Of a stretch of DNA of 23,869 nucleotides, positions 1 through 8,583 are shown in pieces. The first letter of the stretch is position 1. Each line of letters opens with the position of its first letter. The notes beneath the pieces were generated by a model, which was given only the letters and a program-made list of their open reading frames with translations, ran no database searches and had not been told where the DNA came from. Both the position numbers and the translations under genes were made by a program. The DNA is from Candidatus Altiarchaeota archaeon. Its GTDB lineage: Archaea > Altiarchaeota > Altiarchaeia > IMC4 > SCGC-AAA252-I15. The stretch lies in the NCBI GenBank assembly GCA_043813075.1, contig JBDRLL010000039.1, positions 1-23,869 on the forward strand. The letters run 5' to 3'.

Positions 1-17
1 GCCGTTTTATATACGGC
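1..17 (+). promoter_or_regulatory. Probable TATA box (TTTTATATA, 5-13) of the ferritin operon, flanked by the inverted repeat GCCGT/ACGGC
   Basis: TATA-like motif ~45 nt before the ATG at 58, with RBS GAGGTG at 47-52. Confidence 0.55.
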
Positions 18-57
18 GGCAGTCAAAGGATAAAAACAAAAAAAGAGAGGTGGGAGA

Positions 58-570
58 ATGATTTCAGATAAAATGCAGGACGCCATGAACGAGCAGATGA
101 ATGCGGAGTTGTACTCTTCATACCTGTACCTGTCAATGTCCGCGTACTTTGAGGACAGGAACCTGTCCGGATTCGCTCAATGGATGCGTGTGCAGGCGCA
201 GGAGGAGCTTATCCACGCCATGAAGTTCTACACGCACGTGATAGACAGGGGCGGTAGGGTTGAGTTGAAGGCCATAGACTTGCCTCCGAAGGAGTGGAAG
301 AGTCCGTTGGAGGTGTTTGAGGAGGCCTACAAGCACGAACTGAAGGTTACTGGACTCATAAACTCGCTGGTTGACTTGGCTCAGGGGGAGAAGGATTATG
401 CCAGCAACAGCATGCTGCAGTGGTTTGTGGACGAGCAGGTTGAGGAGGAGGCTTCGGCTGATGACATAGTGCAGAAGCTGAGGATGATAAAGGACGCGCC
501 AGCAGGAATAGTGATGTACGACAGGGGGCTTGGCAAGAGGAAGCCCAAACTGGTTCCGGCTAGCGATTGA
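58..570 (+). CDS. ftnA: Ferritin (non-heme, FtnA type)
   Basis: Ferroxidase motifs ELYSSYLY, QEELIHAMK, HELKVT, WFVDEQVEEE; 170 aa; RBS GAGGTG. Confidence 0.95.
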   Translation: MISDKMQDAMNEQMNAELYSSYLYLSMSAYFEDRNLSGFAQWMRVQAQEELIHAMKFYTHVIDRGGRVELKAIDLPPKEWKSPLEVFEEAYKHELKVTGLINSLVDLAQGEKDYASNSMLQWFVDEQVEEEASADDIVQKLRMIKDAPAGIVMYDRGLGKRKPKLVPASD

Positions 571-592
571 GCATAAAAAAGAGGTGAAATAG

Positions 593-832
593 ATGGTTGA
601 CAAGAAAGTGAAGGTTTATTCGACGCAGACATGCCCGTACTGCAAGATGGCGAAGGAATACCTTGAGGGCAAGGGGGTCGAGTTTGACGACATAGACGTG
701 GCGTCAAACCGTGAAGCAGCCCAGGAGATGATTGAAAAGTCGGGTCAGATGGGTGTCCCGGTAATAGACATAGGCGGTAGGATAATCGTCGGATTTGACA
801 GGGGAGCCATAGACTCGGAGCTGGCGGGATAA
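593..832 (+). CDS. Glutaredoxin-like protein (NrdH/YruB type)
   Basis: CPYC active site, GQMGVPVI cis-Pro motif, IVGFD; RBS GAGGTG. Confidence 0.92.
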   Translation: MVDKKVKVYSTQTCPYCKMAKEYLEGKGVEFDDIDVASNREAAQEMIEKSGQMGVPVIDIGGRIIVGFDRGAIDSELAG

Positions 833-838
833 GGTTAA

Positions 839-1738
839 ATGCTGGACACTGTCATAATAGGCGCCGGGATATCCGGCCTGACGGCAGCCATATACGCCTC
901 CAGAAAGCGGATGAAGTATGCCATAATATCGTCCGACTTCGGGGGCCAGCTGATGGCTAGCGGTGAGGTCCTCAATTATCCTGGAATCGTAGAGACTACG
1001 GGCGTTGAATTAAACTCCATCATGGAGGAGCAGGCCAGATTCAATGGGATAGAAGTAGTCTATGATACTGTCAAGGAAATAGTTAGGTCTGGCGGGGACT
1101 TCACTGTCGTTGCAGGTAAGGGGAGTTACGACACGAGGACTGTGATAATAGCGGCTGGAGCAAGGCCGAGGAAACTCGGGGTTCCTGGCGAGGAAGAGTT
1201 CGCCAGGAAGGGCGTAACATACTGTTCCATATGTGATGGGCCGTTATTCGCCGGCAGGGATGTTGCGATAGTGGGCGGCGGCGATGCCGCGCTCGAGGCG
1301 GTCGATTTCATGGAGGATATCGCTTCAAAGATTTATCTTCTAGTCCTGGGGGAGTCTTTCACCGCGCACGAGTACTTGCAGGAGAAGGTCAGGGACAACC
1401 CGAAGGTTGAGGTGTTGATGGGTTCCAGGACGACCCGTATTCTTGGAGACAAGTTTGTTGAGGGAGTGTTGTACGAGAAAGACGGGGAGGAGAGGGGGAT
1501 AGACGTCGGGGGCGTGATAATTGAGATAGGGCGGATGCCGAACACTGAGAATTTCAAGAGTCTTGTGGAGATGGACGAGCACATGCACATAAAGGTAGAC
1601 TGCCAGACGCGCACGAGCGTGCCAGGCATATTCGCGGCAGGGGACTGTGCTGGAGGCCATGAGTACCAGTACGTGATAGCGGCGGGGCAGGGTTGCATGG
1701 CGTTGATCAAGGCTGCGAGGTATCTTGCTTCAAGATAA
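839..1738 (+). CDS. trxB: Thioredoxin-disulfide reductase (FAD/NAD(P)-dependent)
   Basis: GAGISG FAD motif, CSICDG redox motif, VGGGDAA nucleotide motif, TSVPGIFAAGD. Confidence 0.9.
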   Translation: MLDTVIIGAGISGLTAAIYASRKRMKYAIISSDFGGQLMASGEVLNYPGIVETTGVELNSIMEEQARFNGIEVVYDTVKEIVRSGGDFTVVAGKGSYDTRTVIIAAGARPRKLGVPGEEEFARKGVTYCSICDGPLFAGRDVAIVGGGDAALEAVDFMEDIASKIYLLVLGESFTAHEYLQEKVRDNPKVEVLMGSRTTRILGDKFVEGVLYEKDGEERGIDVGGVIIEIGRMPNTENFKSLVEMDEHMHIKVDCQTRTSVPGIFAAGDCAGGHEYQYVIAAGQGCMALIKAARYLASR

Positions 1739-1757
1739 ATAAAAGAGGTGATATGTT

Positions 1758-2138
1758 ATGGCGAAGAATAGGGGCGAGTTATACAAGTGCGACGTGTGCG
1801 GGAACATTGTTGAACTGCTGTTTGTTGGTGGCGGGGAGCTGGTGTGCTGTGGGCAGCCCATGAAGTTGCTCGCTGAGAATACCGTTGACGCGGCGAAAGA
1901 GAAGCACGTTCCGGTCATAGAGGAGACTGATGACGGCTACAGGGTGACTGTAGGCTCCGTGCCCCACCCAATGGAGAAGGAGCACTACATACAGTGGATT
2001 GAATTAATCGCTGATGGAGTGTCCTACATGAAGTTCCTGAAGCCTGGGGACACGCCTGAAGCGGAATTCTGCGTTAAAGCGGGCGAGGTCACTGCAAGGG
2101 AGTATTGCAACTTGCATGGACACTGGAAGTCGGTGTGA
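1758..2138 (+). CDS. dfx: Desulfoferrodoxin (2Fe superoxide reductase)
   Basis: N-terminal desulforedoxin domain (CDVC...CC), then [19 protein letters not shown]; RBS GAGGTGA. Confidence 0.95.
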   Translation: MAKNRGELYKCDVCGNIVELLFVGGGELVCCGQPMKLLAENTVDAAKEKHVPVIEETDDGYRVTVGSVPHPMEKEHYIQWIELIADGVSYMKFLKPGDTPEAEFCVKAGEVTAREYCNLHGHWKSV

Positions 2139-2141
2139 ATC

Positions 2142-2159
2142 GAGGGTCTTTAAACCCTC
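2142..2159 (+). promoter_or_regulatory. Probable TATA box (TTTAAA) within the inverted repeat GAGGGT-N6-ACCCTC
   Basis: TTTAAA ~27 nt before ATG 2179, consistent with a leaderless archaeal transcript. Confidence 0.45.
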
Positions 2160-2178
2160 AAACACATTATTTTTCAGG

Positions 2179-2325
2179 ATGACTGGCAAGAAGTTTTACA
2201 GGTGCCATGTATGCAATGACATACACTACGGGGTGCGCCCGCCAGACGTTTGCCCAACCTGCAAGGCTAAGAACGCTTTCGTTGAGGTTGACAGGGATGA
2301 AGCCAGGTTTGTGATGGAATTATGA
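2179..2325 (+). CDS. Small rubredoxin-like metal-binding protein (48 aa)
   Basis: YRCHVC-x12-CPTC, like the rubrerythrin C-terminal rubredoxin domain. Start moved from 2116 (overlaps dfx) to ATG 2179. Stop overlaps the next start (ATGA). Confidence 0.8.
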   Translation: MTGKKFYRCHVCNDIHYGVRPPDVCPTCKAKNAFVEVDRDEARFVMEL

Positions 2326-2588
2326 ACAATGATGAATTGAAGAATGTTTGGCTTGATTTCACGAGAAACAACGACTTCAAGCTTAATCCGGACGAGAATC
2401 ACGTTAATATGATTATCGAGGGAATAATATCTAATGAGAGGAAGAGCGGGCTGAAGCTATGCCCCTGCCGCCTTAGGGATGACACGCGAGACAGGGACCT
2501 GGAGCTTCTATGCCCATGCAACTTCAAATCACACGAAACATGGGTTACGCGCGGGGAATGCTGGTGCGGCCTATTCGTGAAAAAATAA
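2322..2588 (+). CDS. ftrB: Ferredoxin-thioredoxin reductase catalytic (beta) subunit-like protein
   Basis: Diagnostic CPC...CPC...CWC cysteine pattern followed by GLF; 88 aa. Confidence 0.9.
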   Translation: MNNDELKNVWLDFTRNNDFKLNPDENHVNMIIEGIISNERKSGLKLCPCRLRDDTRDRDLELLCPCNFKSHETWVTRGECWCGLFVKK

Positions 2589-2601
2589 TGGAGGTAGTGA
2601 T

Positions 2602-3090
2602 ATGAGTAAGAATGTGAGTAAAGGGATTCTGTTGGCGGCAGTTTTCATGCTGTTGGCATTCACTTTTGGGTGTATAGGTGGCCAGGATGCTGGGACTACG
2701 ACGACGTTGAAGAAGACTGTTAAAACCACGGTTAAGGCGCCGAGGGTGCCGTTTATGAAGATAGGAGAGGCTCTAACAAACAAGATCACCATAAGCAAGG
2801 TTTACATCGATAAGCCTGGTTTCATAGGGTTATGGAATGAGAATAGGAAGCTAATCGCAAGGTCAAATGTGATTACGGGCGAGATGACTAATGTTGTTCT
2901 TTTGACTGATGGCTTGAATAACGGGGATAAGGTGCTTGTCATGCTGCACTATGATGATGGTGATGGGAAATTGATGTTCCCGGGGCCGGATAAGCCTGTG
3001 CAGTCTAGGGGCACTGTTATAAGGGAGACTGTCAGCGTGAAAGGTGCTCCGCCCAAGGAGACGACAGCGGAGACGGTTAAGAAGTCTTAG
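2602..3090 (+). CDS. Putative secreted/lipid-anchored protein with Thr/Lys-rich linker; beta-rich domain resembling DUF7282
   Basis: Signal peptide ending FGCIG, TTTTLKKTVKTT linker, VMLHYDDGDG motif; RBS GGAGGT. Confidence 0.65.
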   Translation: MSKNVSKGILLAAVFMLLAFTFGCIGGQDAGTTTTLKKTVKTTVKAPRVPFMKIGEALTNKITISKVYIDKPGFIGLWNENRKLIARSNVITGEMTNVVLLTDGLNNGDKVLVMLHYDDGDGKLMFPGPDKPVQSRGTVIRETVSVKGAPPKETTAETVKKS

Positions 3091-3161
3091 CTCGTTTAAG
3101 GGGGTCTGGGTGTGTGTTCCCCCCCACCCCACCCTCATCCTTTTGGATAGGATTTTTATGC

Positions 3162-3605
3162 TTAGATTAATCCTAGGATAAACTTCCGGGCATTATCCAC
3201 GTCTTCCTTGCCGGGCCTGCCTTTGTTCAATCCGCCTATTAGTTTGAGCAGGCAGTATGTCGTGTGTCCTTTACAACTGAATTCCTTGACTGTCTCATAT
3301 CCCCTTGCATTGAGGGCCGACTTTAGTGTGGAGTGTTTTTTAGTGTCGCCGCCGCCTGAAGTCGAGAAGATGAATGCTTTAGTGCCTTTCGAGTGTGGCA
3401 TCTCGTTCGCAAGTTCGATTAGGGCTTTATGGTGTTTCCCGTAGTATATCCCTGAGCCGAAGCCTATGAGGTCATAGGATGCTAGTTTACCTGGGTCGAT
3501 GCTGGTTGCCTTGAACAGGTCTGCCTGGATGGTCTGGGCCATGGCTTTAGCAATCTTCTCGGTGTTTCCCTTATGCCTTGTGGCGTATACTATCGCAACC
3601 CTCAT
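3162..3605 (-). CDS. Flavodoxin family protein
   Basis: YATRHKGNTEKIA FMN phosphate loop, GFGSGIYYG, FSTSG; start overlaps the nitroreductase stop. Confidence 0.88.
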   Translation of the reverse strand: MRVAIVYATRHKGNTEKIAKAMAQTIQADLFKATSIDPGKLASYDLIGFGSGIYYGKHHKALIELANEMPHSKGTKAFIFSTSGGGDTKKHSTLKSALNARGYETVKEFSCKGHTTYCLLKLIGGLNKGRPGKEDVDNARKFILGLI

Positions 3606-4168
3606 TTTACTGGTTTACCGTACTTGTCGGCGTAAGCGAAGTCGGTTAGTGGAATGCGCTCCGGCCTCTCTTTCTCTGCCTGAACTTGGTGTTCAGCGAA
3701 ACCCCCAGGTATCTTCCGGGAGTGTCTTCCGACGATGATTAGTGTTATTACATTATATTCTTCAGGGATATTAAGGGTGTTGCTTACTGTTTCAGGGTCG
3801 TATCCTGCTATCGGGTGCGCTACCAGGCCCAGTTCCGTTGCCCTGAGCATGATTAATGCTACAGACATTCCCACGTCGAACAGGTGGTATTCACGGTCTT
3901 TTATAATGCAGTCGTCTTCTTTACGGCTGAATACCGCAATCATCATGGAGGCGGATTTCGCCCATTCATTCCCCTGGGAGAGTGCTGGATGCATTTTTTC
4001 AAGCGTATCGGGGTTGTGCACGAACACAAACCTCCAGGGTTGTTTGTTGAAGCAGGATGGTGAGAGTCGTGCGCTCTCCGCAAGGTCTCTGATAAGGTCG
4101 TCGGTCACATCAGCATGTTCTAGGGCACGGTAGGCTCTCCTCTCCCTGATAGCATCCTTAACATCCAT
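3602..4168 (-). CDS. Nitroreductase family protein (188 aa)
   Basis: RRAYR, SPSCFNKQPWRF, ATELGL motifs. Start reassigned to ATG at 4168 because the 22-aa extension overlaps the small upstream ORF. Confidence 0.9.
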   Translation of the reverse strand: MDVKDAIRERRAYRALEHADVTDDLIRDLAESARLSPSCFNKQPWRFVFVHNPDTLEKMHPALSQGNEWAKSASMMIAVFSRKEDDCIIKDREYHLFDVGMSVALIMLRATELGLVAHPIAGYDPETVSNTLNIPEEYNVITLIIVGRHSRKIPGGFAEHQVQAEKERPERIPLTDFAYADKYGKPVK

Positions 4169-4176
4169 ATCTGGTT

Positions 4177-4305
4177 TTATTCGATTTTCTTTTTGTCCAC
4201 GTATCCGCGGATTTGAGTGTCCTTGGTCTTGCATACCATGCAGACTTTCTCCCCGTATCCAGTCTCATTCCCGCAGGTCTTGCAAACCCATTTTTTGTTT
4301 GGCAT
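4177..4305 (-). CDS. Small zinc-ribbon/rubredoxin-like protein, 42 aa, not in the ORF track (MPNKKWVCKTCGNETGYGEKVCMVCKTKDTQIRGYVDKKKIE)
   Basis: W-x-CxxC-x10-CxxC; RBS GAGGTG at 4311-4316 on the minus strand; ends 8 nt before the nitroreductase ATG. Confidence 0.8.
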   Translation of the reverse strand: MPNKKWVCKTCGNETGYGEKVCMVCKTKDTQIRGYVDKKKIE

Positions 4306-4359
4306 AAACACACCTCGCGTTAACTAGTATTTTACTTGATTCTCTTTTAAGACTAGCCC

Positions 4360-4782
4360 CTACCTGTTCGCAATCAGGTAGAGTATTATTGATGTGAAGA
4401 GCATTATCACGCCAGCGGTAAGATATGTGTAGTCGAGTATCCTGGCCATCACATGGGTCTTGGCTTCCCCTTGATTTGAGATTTTAAGTATCCAGACGTC
4501 CCCAGGATAGGCGGTATTCGACATGAATACGCTGGACCCGCTTCTAACGACTTCTTCCCCAGAGTATTCCTCCATGAGTACTGCCTCGACTTTTTTGTCA
4601 GAGTCTACGGTAACCCTTATCGACTGTGGCAGGGGATTCCATGAGGGGACTTGGTGCTTGAATACCTCATGGTCTTCGGCATTGTCCAGTTCAGAGGAGT
4701 AGTATTCCGTGGAGCCTATCAACACGCCGATTGAAGCCATCAGGAGGAGTATGCTAGCTATCTTGGGTTTGTCTAAAGCCAT
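4360..4782 (-). CDS. Hypothetical membrane protein (N- and C-terminal hydrophobic helices)
   Basis: 140-aa ORF filling the gap, two hydrophobic segments around a beta-rich soluble part; no recognised family. Confidence 0.65.
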   Translation of the reverse strand: MALDKPKIASILLLMASIGVLIGSTEYYSSELDNAEDHEVFKHQVPSWNPLPQSIRVTVDSDKKVEAVLMEEYSGEEVVRSGSSVFMSNTAYPGDVWILKISNQGEAKTHVMARILDYTYLTAGVIMLFTSIILYLIANR

Positions 4783-4847
4783 TACGTTAATCTATGAGGG
4801 TATTAAGAATAAAGTAACTGGCAGGGAACCGGGAGGTATATAAGCGT

Positions 4848-5462
4848 GTGGGTGGATGTATTGACGTGAGTGATAGTGTGAGAGAGAGTGTTATCACCGT
4901 CATTCTGGCTGCTTTATTGACTTTTACAGGGTGTGTCAGCCAGGGTGATGTGGGTTTTGAATCTGAGACCGGTGGTGTGAGCAAGCCAACCTGGGGGGAT
5001 CAGGATTTCACGTCATCCAGTCAGAAGACGTGGATGGATTATAGGATCAGGGATATCTCAACAGGCAGGGTCTTCAGGATAAGCGATTTGGATGGGGAAA
5101 TCGTGTTGGTGGAGAGTTTCGCTGTCTGGTGCCCCACGTGCAAGAGGCAGCAGGATGAGATACACAATCTTGTTGGGGAATATGGCGGGAGGGTGGCTTC
5201 TGTCGGCCTGGACACTGACCCGAACGAGGATGCGGAAAAGTTGTCTGAATACGTGGAGAGGAACAATTATGGGGGGTTGTATGCCATATCCCCGCCTGAG
5301 TTGACGCAGAGGCTAATAGACGAGTATGGTCTTTCTGTGTTGAATGCTCCTGGAGCGCCGGTCATAATGGTATGTCGGGGGAAAGGTGTTTCCACGAGGA
5401 TTCTGGACAGGGGCCTTAAGACCGTTGATAAGCTGAGGGTTGAAGTGGAGAAGGGTTGTTGA
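4848..5462 (+). CDS. Membrane-anchored TlpA/ResA-like thioredoxin (true start probably a slightly later GTG)
   Basis: FAVWCPTC motif, lipobox-like FTGC, adjacent to ccdA. Confidence 0.82.
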   Translation: MGGCIDVSDSVRESVITVILAALLTFTGCVSQGDVGFESETGGVSKPTWGDQDFTSSSQKTWMDYRIRDISTGRVFRISDLDGEIVLVESFAVWCPTCKRQQDEIHNLVGEYGGRVASVGLDTDPNEDAEKLSEYVERNNYGGLYAISPPELTQRLIDEYGLSVLNAPGAPVIMVCRGKGVSTRILDRGLKTVDKLRVEVEKGC

Positions 5463-6148
5463 ATATGTTTGACTATCTCGCGGACATGGCGACGTCTTTC
5501 AGCCTGGGGCTGCTGACTCCATTGACTGCAGCCTGCGTTCTACCATTGTATCCTGGATTCCTAGCGTATTTGTCCAACAAGCTGTCTTCCAATGCAGGCT
5601 GGAGGACGATGATGCTTGTTGGATTGGTGGTTAACGCCGGTATACTCTCGTTCATGTTCTTGGTTGGCCTGGTGTTTACGACAGTCCTCCAGGTGTCGCT
5701 CACCAGTGTGATAGGCATTGTGTCGCCGATAGCATTCATTGTGATGCTGTTCATAAGCGTGCTGCTCCTTATTGACTTGGACTTCAGCAGATACCTCCCC
5801 CATTACACCGCCCCGGTATCGTCTAATCCGTGGAAGAGCGCGTTCGTGTTCGGATTCTTCTTCGGCGCGATAGTGATACCCTGCAATCCGGGCTTCATCG
5901 CGGTATTCTTCACTAGGACACTGTTGGTGAGGAGCGTGCTGCCCAGCATGCTGAACTTCACTTCCTTCGGCCTTGGGCTTGGCTTCCCCCTCTTAGTCAT
6001 ATCGGCTTTAACCGCAGCCACTGGAGCCAGGCTTATATCCTTCTTTGTCGGTAGGAAGACGCTTATAAACCGGATTTCGGGGTTCATAATGATGATGATT
6101 TCAGTATATTATCTGCTGACGGTCTTCAACGTGCTTGGCTTGGGTTGA
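5456..6148 (+). CDS. ccdA: CcdA/DsbD-transmembrane family electron transporter
   Basis: About six TM helices with the two Cys motifs ACVLPLYP and IPCNPG. Confidence 0.85.
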   Translation: MLNMFDYLADMATSFSLGLLTPLTAACVLPLYPGFLAYLSNKLSSNAGWRTMMLVGLVVNAGILSFMFLVGLVFTTVLQVSLTSVIGIVSPIAFIVMLFISVLLLIDLDFSRYLPHYTAPVSSNPWKSAFVFGFFFGAIVIPCNPGFIAVFFTRTLLVRSVLPSMLNFTSFGLGLGFPLLVISALTAATGARLISFFVGRKTLINRISGFIMMMISVYYLLTVFNVLGLG

Positions 6149-6239
6149 GGGTATTTAATTCGTGGAAATCTAATATGAAACCCCTCACTGGGGGGATATT
6201 CCTGGGGAGGGTGTCTTTCATTTTGAAGAGGTGATGTAA

Positions 6240-7058
6240 TTGAAGATTTTCGTTGATAGCGCGGACTTGGATGAGATAATCCAGGCCTACGGGTGGGGTG
6301 TCGCGGACGGTGTTACCACAAACCCTTCTTTACTTAAGAAGGCTGTTGAAAAGAGGGTTTCTGACGGGCAGAAACTGGATTTGAAGACGTATATTGAGGA
6401 TGTTTTGAGGGCTGCCGGCGGGACTCCGGTGAGCCTTGAGGTAACGAAGACCGATTCTGATGGAATGGTCTGGGAGGGTAAGAAGCTTTACGACACGTTC
6501 AACCACATAGCCGGGAATGTTAACATTAAGGTGCCTGTGAACCCTGCTTTCAGGGATGAGGATAAAAACCATTTTGACGGGATTAGGGCTGTGAAGGAGC
6601 TTTCAGAGTCTGGTATTCCAGTCAACTGCACCCTCATTTTCACGCCAGAGCAGGCGCTGCTGGCAGCTAAGGCTGGTGCCGCGTACGTCAGCCCTTTCGC
6701 GGGGAGGATAGATGACTACATTAGGAGCAGCCATAAAATGAAGTTCGGTAAGACTGACTACTATCCTGCAGAGGGCGTTGAGAAGGATGGTGTGGCCTGG
6801 GAGGATAATGGCATACTCTCTGGCATAGACCTTGTGCAGCAGTGCGTGCATCTGCTGAGCTACTATGAGTTGGATACTGAGGTTATCGCGGCGTCGCTTA
6901 GGAACTCCAGGCAGACTAGGGAGGCTGCGCTCGTCGGAGCCCATATAGCAACGCTTCCTTTCGGTGTAATACGGGATATGCTGAAGCATTATAAGACGTT
7001 TGAGGGGATGGAGAAGTTCACTGCCGACATTGTCCCAGAGTATGCTGAGATAAGGTAG
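6240..7058 (+). CDS. tal: Transaldolase (TalC/MipB type, with insertions)
   Basis: IFVDSA, GVTTNPSL, SLEV, IKVP (Schiff-base Lys), NCTLIF, SPFAGRIDD; TTG start with RBS GAGGTGA. Confidence 0.9.
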   Translation: MKIFVDSADLDEIIQAYGWGVADGVTTNPSLLKKAVEKRVSDGQKLDLKTYIEDVLRAAGGTPVSLEVTKTDSDGMVWEGKKLYDTFNHIAGNVNIKVPVNPAFRDEDKNHFDGIRAVKELSESGIPVNCTLIFTPEQALLAAKAGAAYVSPFAGRIDDYIRSSHKMKFGKTDYYPAEGVEKDGVAWEDNGILSGIDLVQQCVHLLSYYELDTEVIAASLRNSRQTREAALVGAHIATLPFGVIRDMLKHYKTFEGMEKFTADIVPEYAEIR

Positions 7059-7065
7059 GTGTGGT

Positions 7066-7707
7066 ATGGAGGATAATCAGATCATACCGGCGATAATAGC
7101 GGATAGTCAGGAGGACTTTACTGGAAGGATATGTAGGGTCAGGGATTACGTTAGTATAATCCAGCTGGACTTTATGGACGGGAAGTTTGTGCCAAGCCGT
7201 TCCATAGACTTCGACTTCAGTGTCCCAGAGTATGGGGGGGCGTATGAAGCGCATCTGATGGTGGCAGACCCGGGGGGATGGATTGAGGGGCATGGACACA
7301 AGGTCGACACCATATTAGCGCCCATAGAGGCTAGCGATAATCCTGGTGAAGTCATAGACGCCATAAGTGGGCTTGGCAAGAAGCCGGGTTTTGTGCTGAA
7401 TCCGGAGACGCCGCTCAAGTCGATAATGGAATACGTCGATGATATTGAGCAGGTGCTGATTATGACCGTGAATCCGGGATTCTATGGCAGCCCATTTCTC
7501 CCGGAGATGGTCGGGAAGATCAGGGAGCTGAGGGAGACCGCTCCTGGACTGGATATTGAAGTTGACGGCGGAATCACGCCAGACACTATCAGACAGGTCT
7601 TTGACGCTGGCGCCAACATGTTCGTCTCAGGGTCTTACATAGTGAAGGCCGATGATCCGGGGGATTCCGTTAAGAATCTAAAGCTTGCGTTGGGGGTGTT
7701 AGTATGA
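7066..7707 (+). CDS. rpe: Ribulose-phosphate 3-epimerase
   Basis: DFMDGKFVPS, EAHLMV, MTVNPGF, IEVDGGI, FVSGS. Confidence 0.92.
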   Translation: MEDNQIIPAIIADSQEDFTGRICRVRDYVSIIQLDFMDGKFVPSRSIDFDFSVPEYGGAYEAHLMVADPGGWIEGHGHKVDTILAPIEASDNPGEVIDAISGLGKKPGFVLNPETPLKSIMEYVDDIEQVLIMTVNPGFYGSPFLPEMVGKIRELRETAPGLDIEVDGGITPDTIRQVFDAGANMFVSGSYIVKADDPGDSVKNLKLALGVLV

Positions 7708-7931
7708 GTGTGGGGGAGTTCGCGTACAATGAAGTATTCGGAATGCCTGTGATAGTGTGGGGGGGCATTGCAACACTCCTCATGATATGCGCTACTGCGG
7801 CCATAGGATTCCTTAACGCGAGGGGCGTTAGGAGGATACCGTTCAAGTACCATAAGCCGGCGGCGGTATTGTCTCTTATCCTGGCTTTCATGCACGCGCT
7901 TCTCGCAGTCGGGGCTAACATGGGATTCTAG
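7704..7931 (+). CDS. Small two-TM membrane protein with a His pair
   Basis: 75 aa, two hydrophobic helices, KYHK...FMHA; translationally coupled to rpe and 1 nt before ogg. Confidence 0.65.
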   Translation: MSVGEFAYNEVFGMPVIVWGGIATLLMICATAAIGFLNARGVRRIPFKYHKPAAVLSLILAFMHALLAVGANMGF

Positions 7932-7932
7932 G

Positions 7933-8568
7933 ATGGTTAAGCGGAGGAGCGCCCTGCTGGCTAGGGTGAGGAGGCTGGAGAACAGCAGGGTAAGCGAGAC
8001 TGTAGTTAAGCGTATGGGAGAGTTCGAGAGGAACGGACGCAGAAAGACGGGGGGGGTCTTCAGTGAACTGTGTTTCTGCATACTGACTGCTAATTTCACT
8101 GCTGAAAGGTCGATTAGGATTCAGAAGGAGATTGGGGGAGGTTTCTTGACGCTGGATGGGAGGCAGCTTGCCGGTAGGTTGAGGGGGCTTGGCCATAGGT
8201 TCCCTAACACGCGGGCAGAATACATCGTCGAGTCCAGGGGCAGGAGGAAGGAGCTGATGACTGCACTAAGGAGTATGCGCGGCCCCGCCCTGAGGGAGTG
8301 GATTGTGAAGAACATTAAGGGCGTGGGGTACAAGGAGGCCAGTCATTTCCTCAGGAACATTGGGTTCAGTGATTATGCGATAATAGACTTCCACATCATA
8401 GACGTCTTGGTTGAGTATGGGCTGTTAGCTAGGCCGAAGAGCATCTCCCGTAAAAAGTATTTGGAGATCGAGGGGGTTTTAAGGGGTTTGGCTGCGGGCA
8501 TGGGGATGAGTCTGGGGGAGCTGGACTTGTATCTCTGGTATCTGGAGACTGGGAAGGTACTTAAGTAA
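7933..8568 (+). CDS. ogg: 8-oxoguanine DNA glycosylase/AP lyase (archaeal/Thermotoga Ogg2 type)
   Basis: ELCFCILTAN, HRFPNTRA, HhH motif KGVGYKEASHFLRNIG, AIIDFH, C-terminal GKVLK. Confidence 0.93.
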   Translation: MVKRRSALLARVRRLENSRVSETVVKRMGEFERNGRRKTGGVFSELCFCILTANFTAERSIRIQKEIGGGFLTLDGRQLAGRLRGLGHRFPNTRAEYIVESRGRRKELMTALRSMRGPALREWIVKNIKGVGYKEASHFLRNIGFSDYAIIDFHIIDVLVEYGLLARPKSISRKKYLEIEGVLRGLAAGMGMSLGELDLYLWYLETGKVLK

Positions 8569-8583
8569 GGGAGTGTATTATTC

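Noticed and set aside
3099-3137. G-run/C-run stretch between convergent genes as a terminator or G-quadruplex
   Set aside because: Pairing is imperfect and low-complexity, so no function can be supported
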